Positions 1 to 13,349 are shown, counted from the stretch's first letter. The stretch is 64,000 bases of DNA from Eledone cirrhosa (GCA_964016885.1 OZ024745.1:124434001-124498000); one strand, 5' to 3'. Numbers and translations are program-made. Notes: generated by a model not told the origin, from the letters alone.

Positions 1-664
1 TCTTAATGAGATTTTCTCTCAGGAACTGAAAACTTCAGCTGGAATAGGGAGGTAAATGTACATCTCTTTCGCTTAGGAGACGAAAACAACAATAACAACA
101 AAAACAAAATAAGGAACACTATTGAAAAGAGAGGAAAACCAAGAACAACAGTGACACCATCAATAGGAACAGTAACATAATTTAAGCCGTTTGAATGAAA
201 TCAAAGTAAAAAAAATGAAGTAAAAATTAAAGCAAATAAAGAAGGCCGAATGAAAACAGAAAGAAAAAATATGTAATAGGAAAAAATAAAATTAAGATGG
301 AGGAAATGGTTGTGAATGAATCTTTTCCTCGCTCCCGATTGGCTGGTTAATCAACCTACAACAGTGAACATTAAGGGACAATAAATTTAAATGCATTGAT
401 TGATTCGGTTAATGTGTCTAATTGTAGTTTTCTTCGTTGAAATATTCTTACTGATAATGACAAATATAACATCATGCTGAGTAAACAGTGGAAACCTAAA
501 AAAAAAGTTTTCTTTATTTTTTCCTTCTTTCCAACTTGTTTTTGCTAATTGTTTAAGATTGCCAATGAAAATTCAGCAATGACGAGTGGAAAGAATAACA
601 AGAAGAAGTTAAAAATAAAATAAAGTTAAATTAAATATAAAAATAAAAATAACAGTAATAATAA

Positions 665-810
665 TGTTTTCTGATTAAGGTACAAGGCCAGCAATTTGGA
701 GGAGGAGGAAAGTCGATTATATCAAACCCAGTGTTTGACTGATAATTTATTTTATCATTCCCAGAAGGATGAAAAGCAAAGTTCAGCAGAATTTGAACCA
801 AGAACATAAA
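665..810 (-). mobile_element. Degenerate Meta-domain tRNA-SINE copy
   Basis: Diverged match to the family below (acaaggccagcaat...aaggatgaaaagcaaagtt...atttgaac). Confidence 0.65.
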
Positions 811-899
811 AAGTTGTAACTAAATAACAATATTGATTTCGTCCAGAGATTTGTAAAGAACATAAAATCAAAATTGAAAATAGACCTTTAGAATGACAT

Positions 900-1556
900 G
901 TTAAAGAAATAGCAAGTAAAGACCCTTACATGGCCAATGGCCAATACTAAAAAAAAAAAAAGCTGAATAGAGTGGAAGTAGACAAGCAAAATACACAAAT
1001 CTGGCTACGAAGCACTGGACTAAGAGCTGAGATGGAAGGATTTCTAATCGCAGCACAAGATCAAAGCCTCTACCAGACACCACTAGAAGTACATTATGAA
1101 GCAGAACATAGTAACTACAGAATATGTGGAGGTTGGGAAGAAACAATTAACCATATTATCTCTGGCTGTCTAGTCTTAGCCAAAAAGGAATATATCCACA
1201 TACGTGATAGAATAAGAACCAACATATACTGGAAGATATGTAAACATTATGAAATACCAACACTAAAAAAAGAAAAAAGATGGTACAGACACACTTCAGA
1301 AAAAGGGACAGAGAATGACAAAGCATCCAATCTCTGATATATGCTAATACACACAGACAAGAAGATCAAAGCCAACCGATGGATATTATAATCAACGACC
1401 ACAAACAAATTTCCTAACTGATGTATCAATTCCCACCGATGAAAATATATATATGAAGGAAATGGAAAAACCATCCAAATATGAAGTTTTAGAGATAGAA
1501 ATAACCAAATGTGGATGATGAAGACAGTACTTATGATTATAGGAAGCTTAGGCAAC
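900..1556 (+). mobile_element. Decayed 3' fragment of an R4/Dong-like non-LTR retrotransposon (post-RT region, CCHC zinc knuckle, restriction-like endonuclease)
   Basis: ORF 972-1337 reads WLRSTGLRAEMEGFLIAAQDQSL...RICGGWEETINHIISGCLVLAKKEY...WYRH. Broken frames downstream give HTDKKIKANR.DI and IGSLG, the motif order of RLE-type (R4/Dong) elements. Stops and frameshifts are present. Confidence 0.8.
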
Positions 1557-1934
1557 ATCTTTCGAGCAGTGGGCCGCAGAGGATGTAGCTTTTCATAGGG
1601 CAGGCCACACTACTAAATCATTCAAGACAATTAGGCATGCCTTTCAGAAAGCCAAACATTTGTATCGTTTTTGTCGCTGGCAATCTTGTGGGCATTGTTG
1701 TTGATCCCTTTCTTGTCCTTAGTGTTATTGTTACTCCCATTGAAGTTCTGTTGGTGTGGTGTTGATGGTAGTGTCAGTGTTTTCTTTTCGTTGGCACTTA
1801 TCAAATGTCCATTTTCTCATTCGTTAAAAAAGGGAAAAGCTTTGTTCTTTTGCTAACTTTTGTTGTTTACCTAGCAGTGGTGGTAGTGGGAGTGGCAATG
1901 GCAAATGTCAATGCTGGAAACCGCTCGTTATTAA

Positions 1935-2132
1935 GGCAGGGTGGTAGTTTGCAGTATCAGTAGAGGGTCAGACGCCATGCTTTGCAGCATAGAGTTACGC
2001 CCCTTTACAGTCTGAGTTCAAATCCCGCCGTGGTTAACTTTGCCTTTCATCCTTACGGGGTTGTTAATATAAAGTACCAGTAATGCACTGGGATAATTGT
2101 TGGCCCCGTGCCAAAAAGTAGAAACAGTTATT
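1935..2132 (+). mobile_element. tRNA-derived SINE with Meta-type central domain
   Basis: A-box-like head, B-box gagttcaaatccc, then gcctttcatccttacggggt..ataaagtaccagt and the shared 3' end ggcc(tt)gtgccaaaagtagaaac. More than 15 copies in the window. Confidence 0.85.
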
Positions 2133-2539
2133 AAGGCAGAGGGAAAACGAAAAGTCAGGTGTTAACTTCCCTCTCCTTTCATCGTCAATGGTATATGTTT
2201 GATGTCATTTTGAAACAAACCTCTGATAAAAAAGATTTTCAAATGAAAAAATGCCCCGTGGGACCAGAAATTTAGAGGCGTTTCTTCTATAAAACCAAAT
2301 TATGTGGTAAAAATGCCCAAATATTGATTGGTGTCATACAAAACCCAGCGTTACTAGGCATTGTGCACATTTTAAGGAAAGTATTATGTGTCTGAGGTCC
2401 TTGCTGTGACTTGGCAGATGACTAATACTCCGGTGCATTTTCTATCTATACTAGTTGCACAGCATTTAAATCAACATTTACGTAATAAATTAAGTGAATT
2501 TTCAAGTTCTAAGAAAAGAAACGTTTTGGAACAGCCGCT

Positions 2540-2700
2540 CCACCTCACGAGACAGGCACATGCGGGTAGCCATCTCCGTTCCAATGGAACGCCCGAAGTC
2601 TCGACTGCGACAGCCACAAACCTATCAGAGAGTGACCAATATTTTGACAGTTTGCCCTCTTCGGCCTCGTGAACAGCGAAGCTTGGGCTGGTTGCGGAAC
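2540..2700 (-). mobile_element. Decayed restriction-like endonuclease C-terminus of a CRE/NeSL-type non-LTR element
   Basis: Minus ORF 2471-2707 contains EAEEGKLSKYWSLSDRFVAVAVETSG, matching the AE..K..KY..L...F...A.ET.G motif of RLE elements. Confidence 0.5.
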
Positions 2701-3912
2701 GCACCATATTACCACTATCCAGAGAAAAGATTTCATTTTATGAGTAATTTGTTTTCAAGGTTCAAGAAGAAATAAAAAGTGTGTTCTATAGGGAAGTCTA
2801 AGTTAGTTAGTATTGATAATTTGATCGTCATTATAGTCGACGTCGTTGTCATCATCGTAACCATGTTTGTAAGCTTAATGATAATTAGGACCAACTAACA
2901 CTTGTCACAATAAAGACATGATAACCTTGAATAGATAATGCTGATCAAATGCTTTCTTTGAAGAACGGTCCTTGTATTATAGTTAGTCAGATATAGAAAT
3001 AACTGCAACTACCCAACAATGCCAATATCATGTACGGTTATTCATCTTTTACGCTGGGAAATGATAATAATTATTGACACGGAGACTTTATTGACACACT
3101 AATCCGTTCGAAAGCAGCAACCTTTGAAGAGTCTGGTTTGTCAATCTAACAAGTGATGTTACACCCCGATTCCACCGAAAGATATTAACAAAAGAAATAT
3201 CAATGATGTTAAACTTAAAAGATGTTAAAGGATTTGGCACCTGCTGTGTCTTTAAGTAGAAAATTATTCACGTAATTTCTAGCTGCTAATGCTATTAATA
3301 CTAAAATATTCATAGATGCATTTATAATATATTCATTCCCACTTGCATTCATTTATAGAAAAAAAATCATTTTGCTGGCCCTGTGTCTAAATTAGAAACC
3401 ATTTATAGAAAACACACACATACACATATATCAACACACTATCTCTCGCATGCATTTACAAACACATACATACATAATCACGTTCAAACATGCAAGGCAT
3501 AATTCTTGAACACACCAGAAATGAAATATCTACTAGAAATATTGTATCACATACAAGTTTTATTTTCTTTGTTGCTGACTGCATTTTCATAAAGGAATCT
3601 TGCCGAATTGGGGCTGACGTTTTTAAATGGAATACAATACTAAAGAATATATAAAGAAGTGATACGGTGTCAACTATTTTATAGATGTACAAGATAGTAG
3701 ATTAGAAAAATTCGACAGCGCATCGGTCTAAATGCCATTTAGCATTTTAAATTCCGAATTGATTTTAAATCACGTTGAGGTCAATTCTACCTCCTTTCAT
3801 ATTTCCATTGTTTATAAAATAAGTACTATTCAAATACTAAGCAATTTAATTAATTATTTCTCCATACCTCACCATGTTTGACGTTGTGCCATTATCAAAA
3901 TATTATATACAG

Positions 3913-4120
3913 AGGCTGGTGTATTGGCAGTATCGGTCAGACAACGTGCTTTGTGACATATAGTTTCGACCCTTCACCTTCTGAGGTGAAAACCAACTGA
4001 GGTTAACTTTACCTTTCATCCTTGGAGGGTCGATATAATGTACCAGTAACGCACTGGGGTTGATTTAATCGAAGTTCCCCTCTATAAAATTATTGCCTTT
4101 TGCTTAAATCATAAACCATA
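3913..4120 (+). mobile_element. Diverged Meta-domain SINE (an older copy lies just upstream, about 3690-3900)
   Basis: ggtgtattggcagtatcgg head and gaggttaactttacctttcatccttggagggtcgat. Confidence 0.75.
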
Positions 4121-4563
4121 TTTAATCAATACACATGCATATGATCCATACTTGGAAGTACTTAAATAATTTTAAATTTCAATTGCATTAAGCCAATAGA
4201 ATTACATCCTAAAATGATATAATTAAAATAATTCAATACGTTTTAAATTGAAGTTATTCTTGAAAGTGTCGATATGTCTATCGATGGTATGAAGATGGAA
4301 ACATTTTTATCTCATCAGATACGTTGGAAACGACTAGTAATGTGATATTATGTTAAACTGTTAATAGAAATACTCTCAACTTCGATGTCATGTGTTGAAC
4401 GCTCTTTTCCGTCTTTTGTACCAGTGCACTTTTCTTCGGCAGCGAGGCTACCCACATGTTTATTGTGTTTATTGTATATAAACGTATTAAATATTCACCT
4501 CTGAGGTGCTTAAATGCTGCCTTAGTGCTACCCACAATTATATATATATATATATATATATAT

Positions 4564-4706
4564 AACGAAGGAAATGTGGTAAAGAACCAGGTGGACCATA
4601 ACGCACCAAAGTACTCAATACTTAGGGTAGTAGAGTGGGTAATAGGAACCAGTAAGACCCCGACGGCTGAGCTCAAGCCGTTTCGACGGCTAATTCTGGA
4701 CTAAAT
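4564..4706 (-). mobile_element. (TA)n-anchored short element, family 'AACGAAGG' (putative PLE pseudo-LTR plus tail)
   Basis: Starts immediately after (TA)n with aacgaaggaaatgtggta. The same ~140-nt sequence recurs at 21759, 26315, 44037, 51298, 55073, 59105 and 62822, with partials at 6721 and 16389. Confidence 0.8.
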
Positions 4707-4928
4707 GAACATTTATCCTGGTATTTAAATAGCCGAGCTTCTCAAGGGGGTAATTACATATATGGTCAAAGTGATTATCACAAGGATTGGTCACAAGTTA
4801 GTAGTAATTCTGTGATGGCAAATTAGTGGGCGAAGGGGTAGCTAAACCTGCCAGTAGGAGAAAAAGGGGAGGGGGTGGAGTAGACCCATTCATGCGTTGG
4901 TAGTGCCGGCTACAGCTGGGCGTGAGGT

Positions 4929-5223
4929 CAAAGAAGATATCGTTACTCGATAAAACATGAAAACCAGCGTTATGTAACAACACTCGCAGACAATGCTTGG
5001 CAGCTGCGTGAAAATAACCAACAATTTCACCTAAAATGGGATATAATACCGGCTGCCCCCCCCCATATCCCATGGACAGGAATTTTGTAGATTATGTAAT
5101 GTAGAATTATTTTGTATTATGAAATCCAAAGACATTTTATTAAATAACAGAATAGAGCGATCGTTATACTGTAACCATCGCTTAAAATCTACATTTTCAT
5201 ATTATAAATACTACCAGGATTGA
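4929..5223 (+). mobile_element. Penelope-like element GIY-YIG endonuclease C-terminal fragment (Neptune-like), frameshifted
   Basis: Translates QRRYRYSIKHENQRYVTTLADNAWQLRENNQQFHLKWDII, then after a poly-C shift FCRLCNVELFCIMKSKDILLNNRIERSLYCNHRLK*. This matches the PLE C-terminal pattern W.L......W.I...C.LC..E...LLN.R.E...C.H. Confidence 0.75.
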
Positions 5224-5696
5224 ACGCCTGTCTCTATCTCCGTTTGATTGTCAAAATAGATATTAACATTCTTTATTAGTCTTAATTCTATCAACTCTTC
5301 TATTATTTACCTTTTAATATAAACTGCTATAGATAAAATGAGATTTCTGATTTCTTGATTCAATTCCCTAATGCATATACCAGCTGGCTACTATCATTGA
5401 TGTTATTCAGTAGCAATCGAAATCTCCCCCTTCCCCAATTGACACTTTATAATTAATACTACTGCACCAAATGACCAGCCCTGTCCACTGTCCAGTTGGT
5501 CAAGTAGAGATTAAAATTGGCACTCCCAAAATTCTTATTTAGATTTACTCATGGTATTCTCATTAGAAACCCATTATATACTTGTTTAGCAGTAAATTAA
5601 TTTACCATCTGTCATATACTATCCCCTCTTTTTCTTCCTCTATTACTAATATAAATACTTCAATTTTTCTGATTTTATCCAATTTATCCAAAATCT

Positions 5697-5805
5697 CTGA
5701 AGAAGTGACAACTGATTATACATTTGCTATCGAATACTTGCTAACATTATATGATTACGCAAGCAGCGATACATAGGTATTCCGTCTGTTACAGAAACAT
5801 ATGTC
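5697..5805 (+). ncRNA. Hammerhead-like motif with long stem II in the 3' region of the PLE fragment
   Basis: CTGAAGA, stem II base gtgaca/tgttac, GAAAC-ATAT-GTC (palindromic ACATATGT). Stem I pairs poorly, so it is probably decayed. Confidence 0.5.
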
Positions 5806-5859
5806 AATACCTAATAAATTCCTTTTTAAAAAAAAGCACTTTCATTTTATATTCATCCT

Positions 5860-5879
<20 letters not shown>

Positions 5880-5894
<15 letters not shown>

Positions 5895-6262
5895 CACATA
5901 ATCAGATATATATACACACGTACATACAGACACATACATACACACATATATACACGCATACAAACGCATACACAAATATAGATATATGTACACACACCTA
6001 CATACGCACACACACAATTAATTATAAGAAAAAATATAATAAAAATACCGTCACATAGGAATAAAAATAAATGTAAAAATTATTATAAAGTTGACAGCGA
6101 TACAGGCAACTAATAAATGAACAAACACACGTGGTAAACAATACACACAATTGCACATACACATATATACATAAAAATAATTACACACACAGACACACAC
6201 ACACACACACATACACATACATATACATATACACATACATACACATTCACATATACATACAC

Positions 6263-6296
<34 letters not shown>

Positions 6297-6524
6297 TACC
6301 CCCCACTCTCCTGAGCGAGAAATTAATAAACATTTATTGTACTGCCTCTCTGTTTTGTCCCTGTTCAAATTTTTCCATTATATATATATATATATATACA
6401 CATATATATACATACACATACATATAAATACATACACACACATGTATGTGTGTAAAACTCTTTCTTAGATGTATTCATTGAACCTTGTTTAACTCTTAAA
6501 TATATATATATATATACATACATA

Positions 6525-6555
<31 letters not shown>

Positions 6556-7206
6556 ACATATACACACACACACATATATGAGAAAATACATAAATATTAT
6601 ATATATATAAAAATAAAAAGGTGAGAGGGGTAAACAGTTACTCTTGCTGCCCATCAATGAAGTCTAAAATCACTAATTCTAATCGTATTTTTATATAATT
6701 GTTTATGTGTGTATATATATAATAGCCTCAGAAACGGCTTGATCCCTGCCGTCGGGGCCATACTTTTTCCTATATGTATATATATATGTATATGTATGTA
6801 TATGTATGTATATATGTGTGTATTTGTATGGTTGTGTGTGTGTATGTATATGTATATATGTATGTGTATGTATATGCATAATTACATACAGTGATTTAAT
6901 GCTTATTTTCATTCATCATTTGCTCCAGGAACTTGTTGAGTGCTCTAAACATTTATACCTTTTCTAATTATTTATTTATTTATTATTTGTCGTATTCCCA
7001 ACTATTTGTTTACCCCCTTCACCTTTTTATTTTTATATATATATAATATTTATGTATTTTCTTATATATATGTGTGTGTGTATATGTATGTATATATATA
7101 TATATATATATATTTAAGAGGTAAACAAGGTTCAATGAATACATCTAAGAACGAGTTTTACACGTGTGTGTATGTATTTATATGTATGTGTGTATATGTA
7201 TGTATA

Positions 7207-7293
<87 letters not shown>

Positions 7294-7670
7294 ATATGTA
7301 TATGTGTATGTGTATGTATGTGTATATGTATATGTATGTGTATGTGTGTGTGTGTGTGTATGTAATTATTTTTATGTATGTATGTGTATGTGCAATTGTG
7401 TGTATTGTTTACCACGTGTGTTTGTTCATTTATTAGTTGCCTGTATCGCTGTCAACTTTATAATAATTTTTACATTTATTTTTATTCCGATGTGACGGTA
7501 TTTTTATTATATTTTTTTAATAATTAACTGTGCGTGTCCGTATGTAGGTGTGTGTACATATATCTATATTTGTGTATGCGTATGTATGCGTGTATATATG
7601 TGTGTATGTATGTGTGTGTATGTACGTGTGTATATATGTATGATTATGTGTATGTATATATATATATATA
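5880..7670. repeat. Long imperfect inverted duplication (arms about 5880-6636 and 7006-7670)
   Basis: Unique blocks 6031-6190, 6450-6500 and 6580-6636 are reverse complements of 7360-7515, 7113-7163 and 7006-7062. Confidence 0.9.
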
Positions 7671-7672
7671 TA

Positions 7673-7728
<56 letters not shown>

Positions 7729-8032
7729 TGTGTGTGTGTGTTTGTGTATTTGTGTGTGTGTGTATGTATGGATATGTTGATATATATGTGTGTATGTATG
7801 TATATGTATATGTATGTGTATTTGTACGTGTATGTATATGTGTATGTATATATATATATATGTGTATATGTATTTATATATATGTGTATGTATATATGTG
7901 TGTGTATGTAATTGTGTGTGTGTGTGCATGTGTGTTTATTTTTCACTTCCTTCTTCCTTTTCCAGCTTCACTTCCATATAGATTATATTTTTGTTTTTTT
8001 TAAATCCAATGTCAATAAATACACCAGGATTT

Positions 8033-8093
8033 TTTCCTTCTGATGATTGAAAGCAAAATTTGTTTGCTTTCTAGAAACCACTGGTAAATGAAA
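8033..8093 (+). ncRNA. Type I hammerhead ribozyme motif
   Basis: CTGATGA (8040-8046), 9-bp stem II gaaagcaaa/tttgctttc, GAAA, stem III ACCA-C-TGGT, GTA triplet ending at 8086, imperfect stem I. Confidence 0.75.
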
Positions 8094-8188
8094 TAATTCC
8101 CTTATGTTGTTTATTACATAACTATTAAGCTCTGTAACCTACATAAAGCACTCTTTTTCCTGGACCTTTCCGACGGAATTACTTTATT

Positions 8189-8244
<56 letters not shown>

Positions 8245-8323
8245 CAGTGTGAAAATTGCCTCAAAGATATTTTTTCCAATTCCAACCGACCCGTCCCTTC
8301 AATCTATTTCATTTCTCATTCTT

Positions 8324-8359
8324 TCTTCTGATGAAGGACTAGCGTCCGAAACGTTAAGA
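8324..8359 (+). ncRNA. Minimal type I hammerhead ribozyme (PLE-type)
   Basis: tctt-CTGATGA-a-ggac-tagc-gtcc-GAAAC-GTT-aaga; stem III is the palindrome ACGT. Confidence 0.8.
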
Positions 8360-8719
8360 CTCTCTACCTGATATTTCAAGCGTTAGCCTAATATATTCCT
8401 TCCATATACTGTACCGATTATGTTGTTATTTCTGTTTAACTTTTACACACCCACATAAATGTATGAATTATAATTTAAAAAAATACTTTAAAGTGGGCAG
8501 TTTGCAAAAGTGTAAACATATTAACATTATCTCAGACTGAATCCGGGTACGCAGTAAATTGAAATAAACATATGTACATCTGCATTAAGATGCTGCATAA
8601 CGTTGTAGTATGATAGCTCTAATGCCCTCGACGTCACTTCGCAAAATACTGAACAAAGGAATGGGACTATAAAGGAAAATAAAAACAAAATTCCAAGAAA
8701 ACAATTGCATATTCTCACT

Positions 8720-8908
8720 TAATTGTTTCTACTTTAGGCACAAGGCCAGCAATTACCCAGTGCATTACTGGTACTTTATTTTATCGACCCCCGTAAGGAT
8801 GAAAGGCAAAGTCAACCTCGGCGGGATTTGAACTCAGATCGTAAAGGGATGTAACTATGCTGGAAAGCATGGCGTCCGACCCTCTACCGATACTGCCAAT
8901 CCACCGCA
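8720..8908 (-). mobile_element. Meta-domain tRNA-SINE, near full length
   Basis: Near-identical to the copies at 18713, 35936 and 49291. Confidence 0.9.
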
Positions 8909-8949
8909 CTTAATGTTAGTCTATTCTGGATACGATTAAATCAGCAAAA

Positions 8950-9661
8950 TCATGGTTTTTGATTTAGGCACAAGGTTGGAGGGAAAAGCTAACCACGGTG
9001 GGATTTGAACTCTGAACGTAAAGACCAGCAAAATAATGGTTTTTGATTTAGACACAAGGCCAACAATTTTTTTGGTGGGTGGAGAAAATCGATTAAATCG
9101 ACCCCAGTGTGTGACTTACTTTATTTTATAGAGCTCGTAAGGAGGAAAGGCTAAGCTAACCTCGGCGGGATTTGAACTCAGAATGTATAAATCAGCAAAA
9201 TAATGGTTTCTCATATAGGCACAAGGCCAACAATTTTTTGCGAGAGAAAAGTCGATGAAATTGACTCCAGTGCGTGACTGGCGCTTTATTTTATCGACCC
9301 CGTAAGGATGAATGGCAAAGTTAATCTCGGCAGGATTTGAACTCAGAACGTAAAAAGCAGCAAAATAGTGAGAATGATTCACACATAACTCACCATTTGA
9401 AACTATGACTAAGCTATCTTTAAAAAAATAATGATTTCTAGTATAGGCACAAGGCTAGTAATTATGGGGGACGGAAAAGTCGATTAAATTGACACCAGTG
9501 TGTGACTGGTGCTTTATTTTATCGACCCCGTAAGGATGAAAGGCAAAGCTAGCCTCGGCGGGATTTGAACTCAGATGTAAAAAGCAGCAAAATAGTGAGA
9601 ATGATTCACACATAACTCCCCCATTTGAAACTATGTCTAAGCTATCTTTAAAAAAATAATG
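8950..9661 (-). mobile_element. Tandem cluster of 5'-truncated Meta-SINE copies with a duplicated unique flank
   Basis: Four gggatttgaactc B-box blocks each followed by cagcaaaa; about 9270-9432 is repeated at 9510-9661. Confidence 0.8.
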
Positions 9662-9734
9662 AAAACTCTAATCACAAGAGAATATGTACACTAGCACACT
9701 GCTCCATTAGTTACGCTGACAGATAGCGTTGATC

Positions 9735-10720
9735 GTACATATTGTATTCTTTCAAATGTATAAAATATAATATGTTTTACATTGGCGATATCAACCACTG
9801 GTTACATTTACTCATTAGCGAATTCCTGAATATGACAGCTGTACTTTTATTAGACAACAGCCAGAAAATAATAATTGTAGTTTCTACTACGGCCTCTGCT
9901 AGAAATACTGGCAACTTACATATAAAAAGCAATACATAGCAGGCGTCAAAATCCCAATTAAAAATTGCCGTGAGCTTCTCGCTATCAACAGAGCATTGCA
10001 TGATAAGGAAATAATATCCTCCAAAGATTTGAGACGTGGTGCTTCTGTGTGCACACAATAACAGTGTTGGTGCCTTTTATAGCCTACAGCCTATTTCAAA
10101 CGTTGCCGTTGAAGATCAGGTTTTGCTAAAAGTATTTACATTTTCTTTAAATTTCCATTGTCATTCGACGTTTACAACATTTATATATACATAGTGAAAT
10201 AACAATGCCCCAGTTAAACTCAATTACGATAATTGCTATACTGATTAATATATTTAAATAAAACAAAATTACATGAAGCAGAAATGTGTTGATATAAAAA
10301 TGCATAGAAAAATAATTGTGATCACACAAGCTGTAATCTAGCAGATACCATTAAAGTAAACAGATTGTATTTGTGATAACTTTTGCCTATGTGTTTTAAA
10401 TATCCCATCTATCAATGTTATTAACAAATTCCTTTCCAATCTAATCTGGACCGATAGCTATATTAGTAGAAGATGAATTTTCTGACAAAGTTATCAGTTG
10501 AAAACTTGTATAAGTTAACGATTCTATATTGAATGATTGTTTTCCTTAACACCTTTAAGTAGTAGTTATACACGTTTTAAGAAGAAAATGATTGTTTTGG
10601 GTTTTGAAATAGTGCTCTGTGTAGGCACCAGAAGCTGTATTACTCCAGATAGTAGCCAATAAGGAGTTCTTTGTAATTCCTGGTGTTCAAGGTTGTTTTC
10701 AGTACAATACGTCATTAATC
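9735..10720 (-). pseudogene. Possible decayed intronless class A GPCR (peptide-receptor-like)
   Basis: Collinear fragments over ~1 kb in mixed frames: GITKNSLLATIW (TM1-like), NIDRW (DRY-like), IAIIVIEFNWGIVISL...KRRMTM (TM5-like), SEKLTAIF...VLLFICKLPVFL (TM6-like), ISPM*NILYFI (TM7-like). Many stops. Confidence 0.4.
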
Positions 10721-12473
10721 TCTACATTCTCTAACACACCCCTTAATCTTTCGCGACGTTAGGGAGTGTGTGTGGAGGGTGATTTGGCTCCTAATTCTAG
10801 TCGTGTCATGGCGGTTATAATTTGTACAAATTCATCTTTAAATGAAGCAGAATGAAATAATTGTATGAAGTATTATTCAGAATGATGCAATATATAATTG
10901 ATCTGAGAACAAAATGGTTGCATTCTTTCATTTCGCATTTTTATCCAGACCTTTGTCGCCTCTTATCTATCTAAGTATCTAGCTATATTTCTCGTCGTTT
11001 GTCCACCCTCAAAACTGAAGGAGATTGATAACAAAATTATTTATGTAAAGTGAACGGATTAAAATTTATCTAAATGTGTAATAAATATAAGGGAAAAGTC
11101 ATAAATAACTTTTCATTTTAAGCTCAAATAACACCGTAGCCTACTAGCCGCAATCAAACGGATAGGAAAGCTACCATGTCCACGTCCTTAGTCAATGATG
11201 GATAGCATTACAGTGATTCATGGTATTCCCCTTGCAGAGAGCAGACGGTAACCGATAAATAGGATGATTAATGAATAACTTATGATAACTCATATGAAAG
11301 TAACAATGCTATTAATATTTTATACCCGATGTGGTTTGCTATCTACATAGTGAACGAGTATTGCGTCATCGGTAGCCTTGAGCGTGTATGTGAGTCTGAT
11401 TGTATGGATATCTATGAACGTCTGGCAGCAAATAACTTCTAGAGTAATGGTAGCAAGTAATGTCATTGGTTGAAAACATTGGCATAATTGCAATTTTGTC
11501 AAAACACAATTCTACTGATTGTAACAGTGTACCTGGTTTCGTCTCCCTGCGCATGCGCTGTACAACTAGACGAAGTCGTTTTAAAGGTTTTGCCATTGTA
11601 CAGTGTACATTGTACAATGTACAGTGTTCAGTGTACAGTAATGATGCGAAACATGTTAAATGCAAGTATCCTGGATTATAATGATAGCATTAAATACAAA
11701 ATATATTTATTACATAACTAAAGGTCTATGAGTTGATCATATTATCTAAGATTTGAATATTGCAACACTTAGATATTCACCAATACTAAGAGAATATTTG
11801 AGGGCGCTCTCTCTATTTCTCTCTCAATTTTCCTCTCTCTGAATTCAAACACAGTTGCCTGTCTCACGTACGTTTGTAACAGCATGTAGGATCATATTTC
11901 GGGATGATGCCTGACACTTTCCAAAATGCTATCGGAAATTCCCTTGGGGGAAATGTGCTTCCCTTGCATATGCAATTTATGTTGACGTCCACGATATTAT
12001 GAGGGTTCACTATATGTAAAAAAAGAATCAGATACCTTTTAAAGATATATCAATATTATTTCAGCAGCATATATATTATAATACACAACATTTCAAATGT
12101 AGACAAATGATCATGCTATTGAAAATTAACAATAAAACATGTCCCATCATTATTAGTCACCCTGTATGCATATTCTTTGTTTCCTTATATTTTTATATCG
12201 ATTTTCTTTAAGCTATTCCGGATCAACATTAGTTTCATCATATTTTAGATACCTATCACCGATTTTACTTGTATTTATTTATTTGAAAACTGCGGCTGTT
12301 CTTGCAGCGCAGACTACCTACTGTAATCGGGACATTCATGTATATGTGTGCAGTAGGGATTCTACAAAATATTATCAGCTTGTTCACTGAGCCTCCAGCA
12401 TTTTGACAAATGGTTCGTTAAGCTACCAAAATATTTACGAGTTCTTTATAACAAATCCTCATATGAAAAAAAA

Positions 12474-12522
<49 letters not shown>

Positions 12523-13349
12523 GGCTTCAGCATGAAGATGGAAAATTATAATATTGAAATAATGTAAAATCTGGAATGCGAGAAAACTCACGATGGTGTT
12601 TCCCATGGCAAAAATTACACAATATAAAAATTGGAAAATTGGAAAATTTATTTGCCGCAAGCTGTGTAGAATATAATGATTTGTTGCTCTTGAGCTTTGT
12701 CTGAGATTGTAGAAATGAGGGAGGAAGCTGATGTGGGATAGATTTGGAGGGGAGAATAAGCTTTAAGCAAGAAGGGTGATGAGAGATGGTGAGAAAACAA
12801 GAAGCTAATCCAAACGAAAGAAGAGAGCCAACGTTGGACAGAAAAGTAGATAAACATATCTCTGAAACAATTACGGAAGGAGTTAAAGTTAAAACGAGAG
12901 ATACATTTATAGTTGTGAGAAATGTGAAGATAAAGAAGGTTGATATCATACCAGGAAATAGTTAAAAACTAGTTCTTCATTAACAGATCACTCAGCTGAA
13001 CATTGTACACACACGTGTAAATAAACACGCATGCACACTCTCAAATATATACACTCACACACATATATATGACATGTTTCCTTCTTATTAAATAGAACAT
13101 TTTGAGACAGAGTTTTCGATATGTATTTGGGTAGATGTGTACAGATTTTTAGATGTTTTTCTTTTTGTATAAAGTCATCAGTAACTATGCACTGATGATT
13201 TCTTAGACAGAAACAGATTTGAGCATCTCCCCATATGTCTGTATATATATATATGTATATATATATGTATATATATATGTATATATATAACTATAAACAC
13301 TCACATATACACACACATATATTATACATACTTACAGACATACTACATA

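Noticed and set aside
4310-4320. Isolated CTGAnGA boxes (also about 13192, 23566, 35150, 42062, 63318)
   Set aside because: No correctly placed GAAA, stem III and UH triplet with pairing stems.
12527-12949. 140-aa minus-strand ORF
   Set aside because: No recognisable domain; composition reflects a purine-rich opposite strand.
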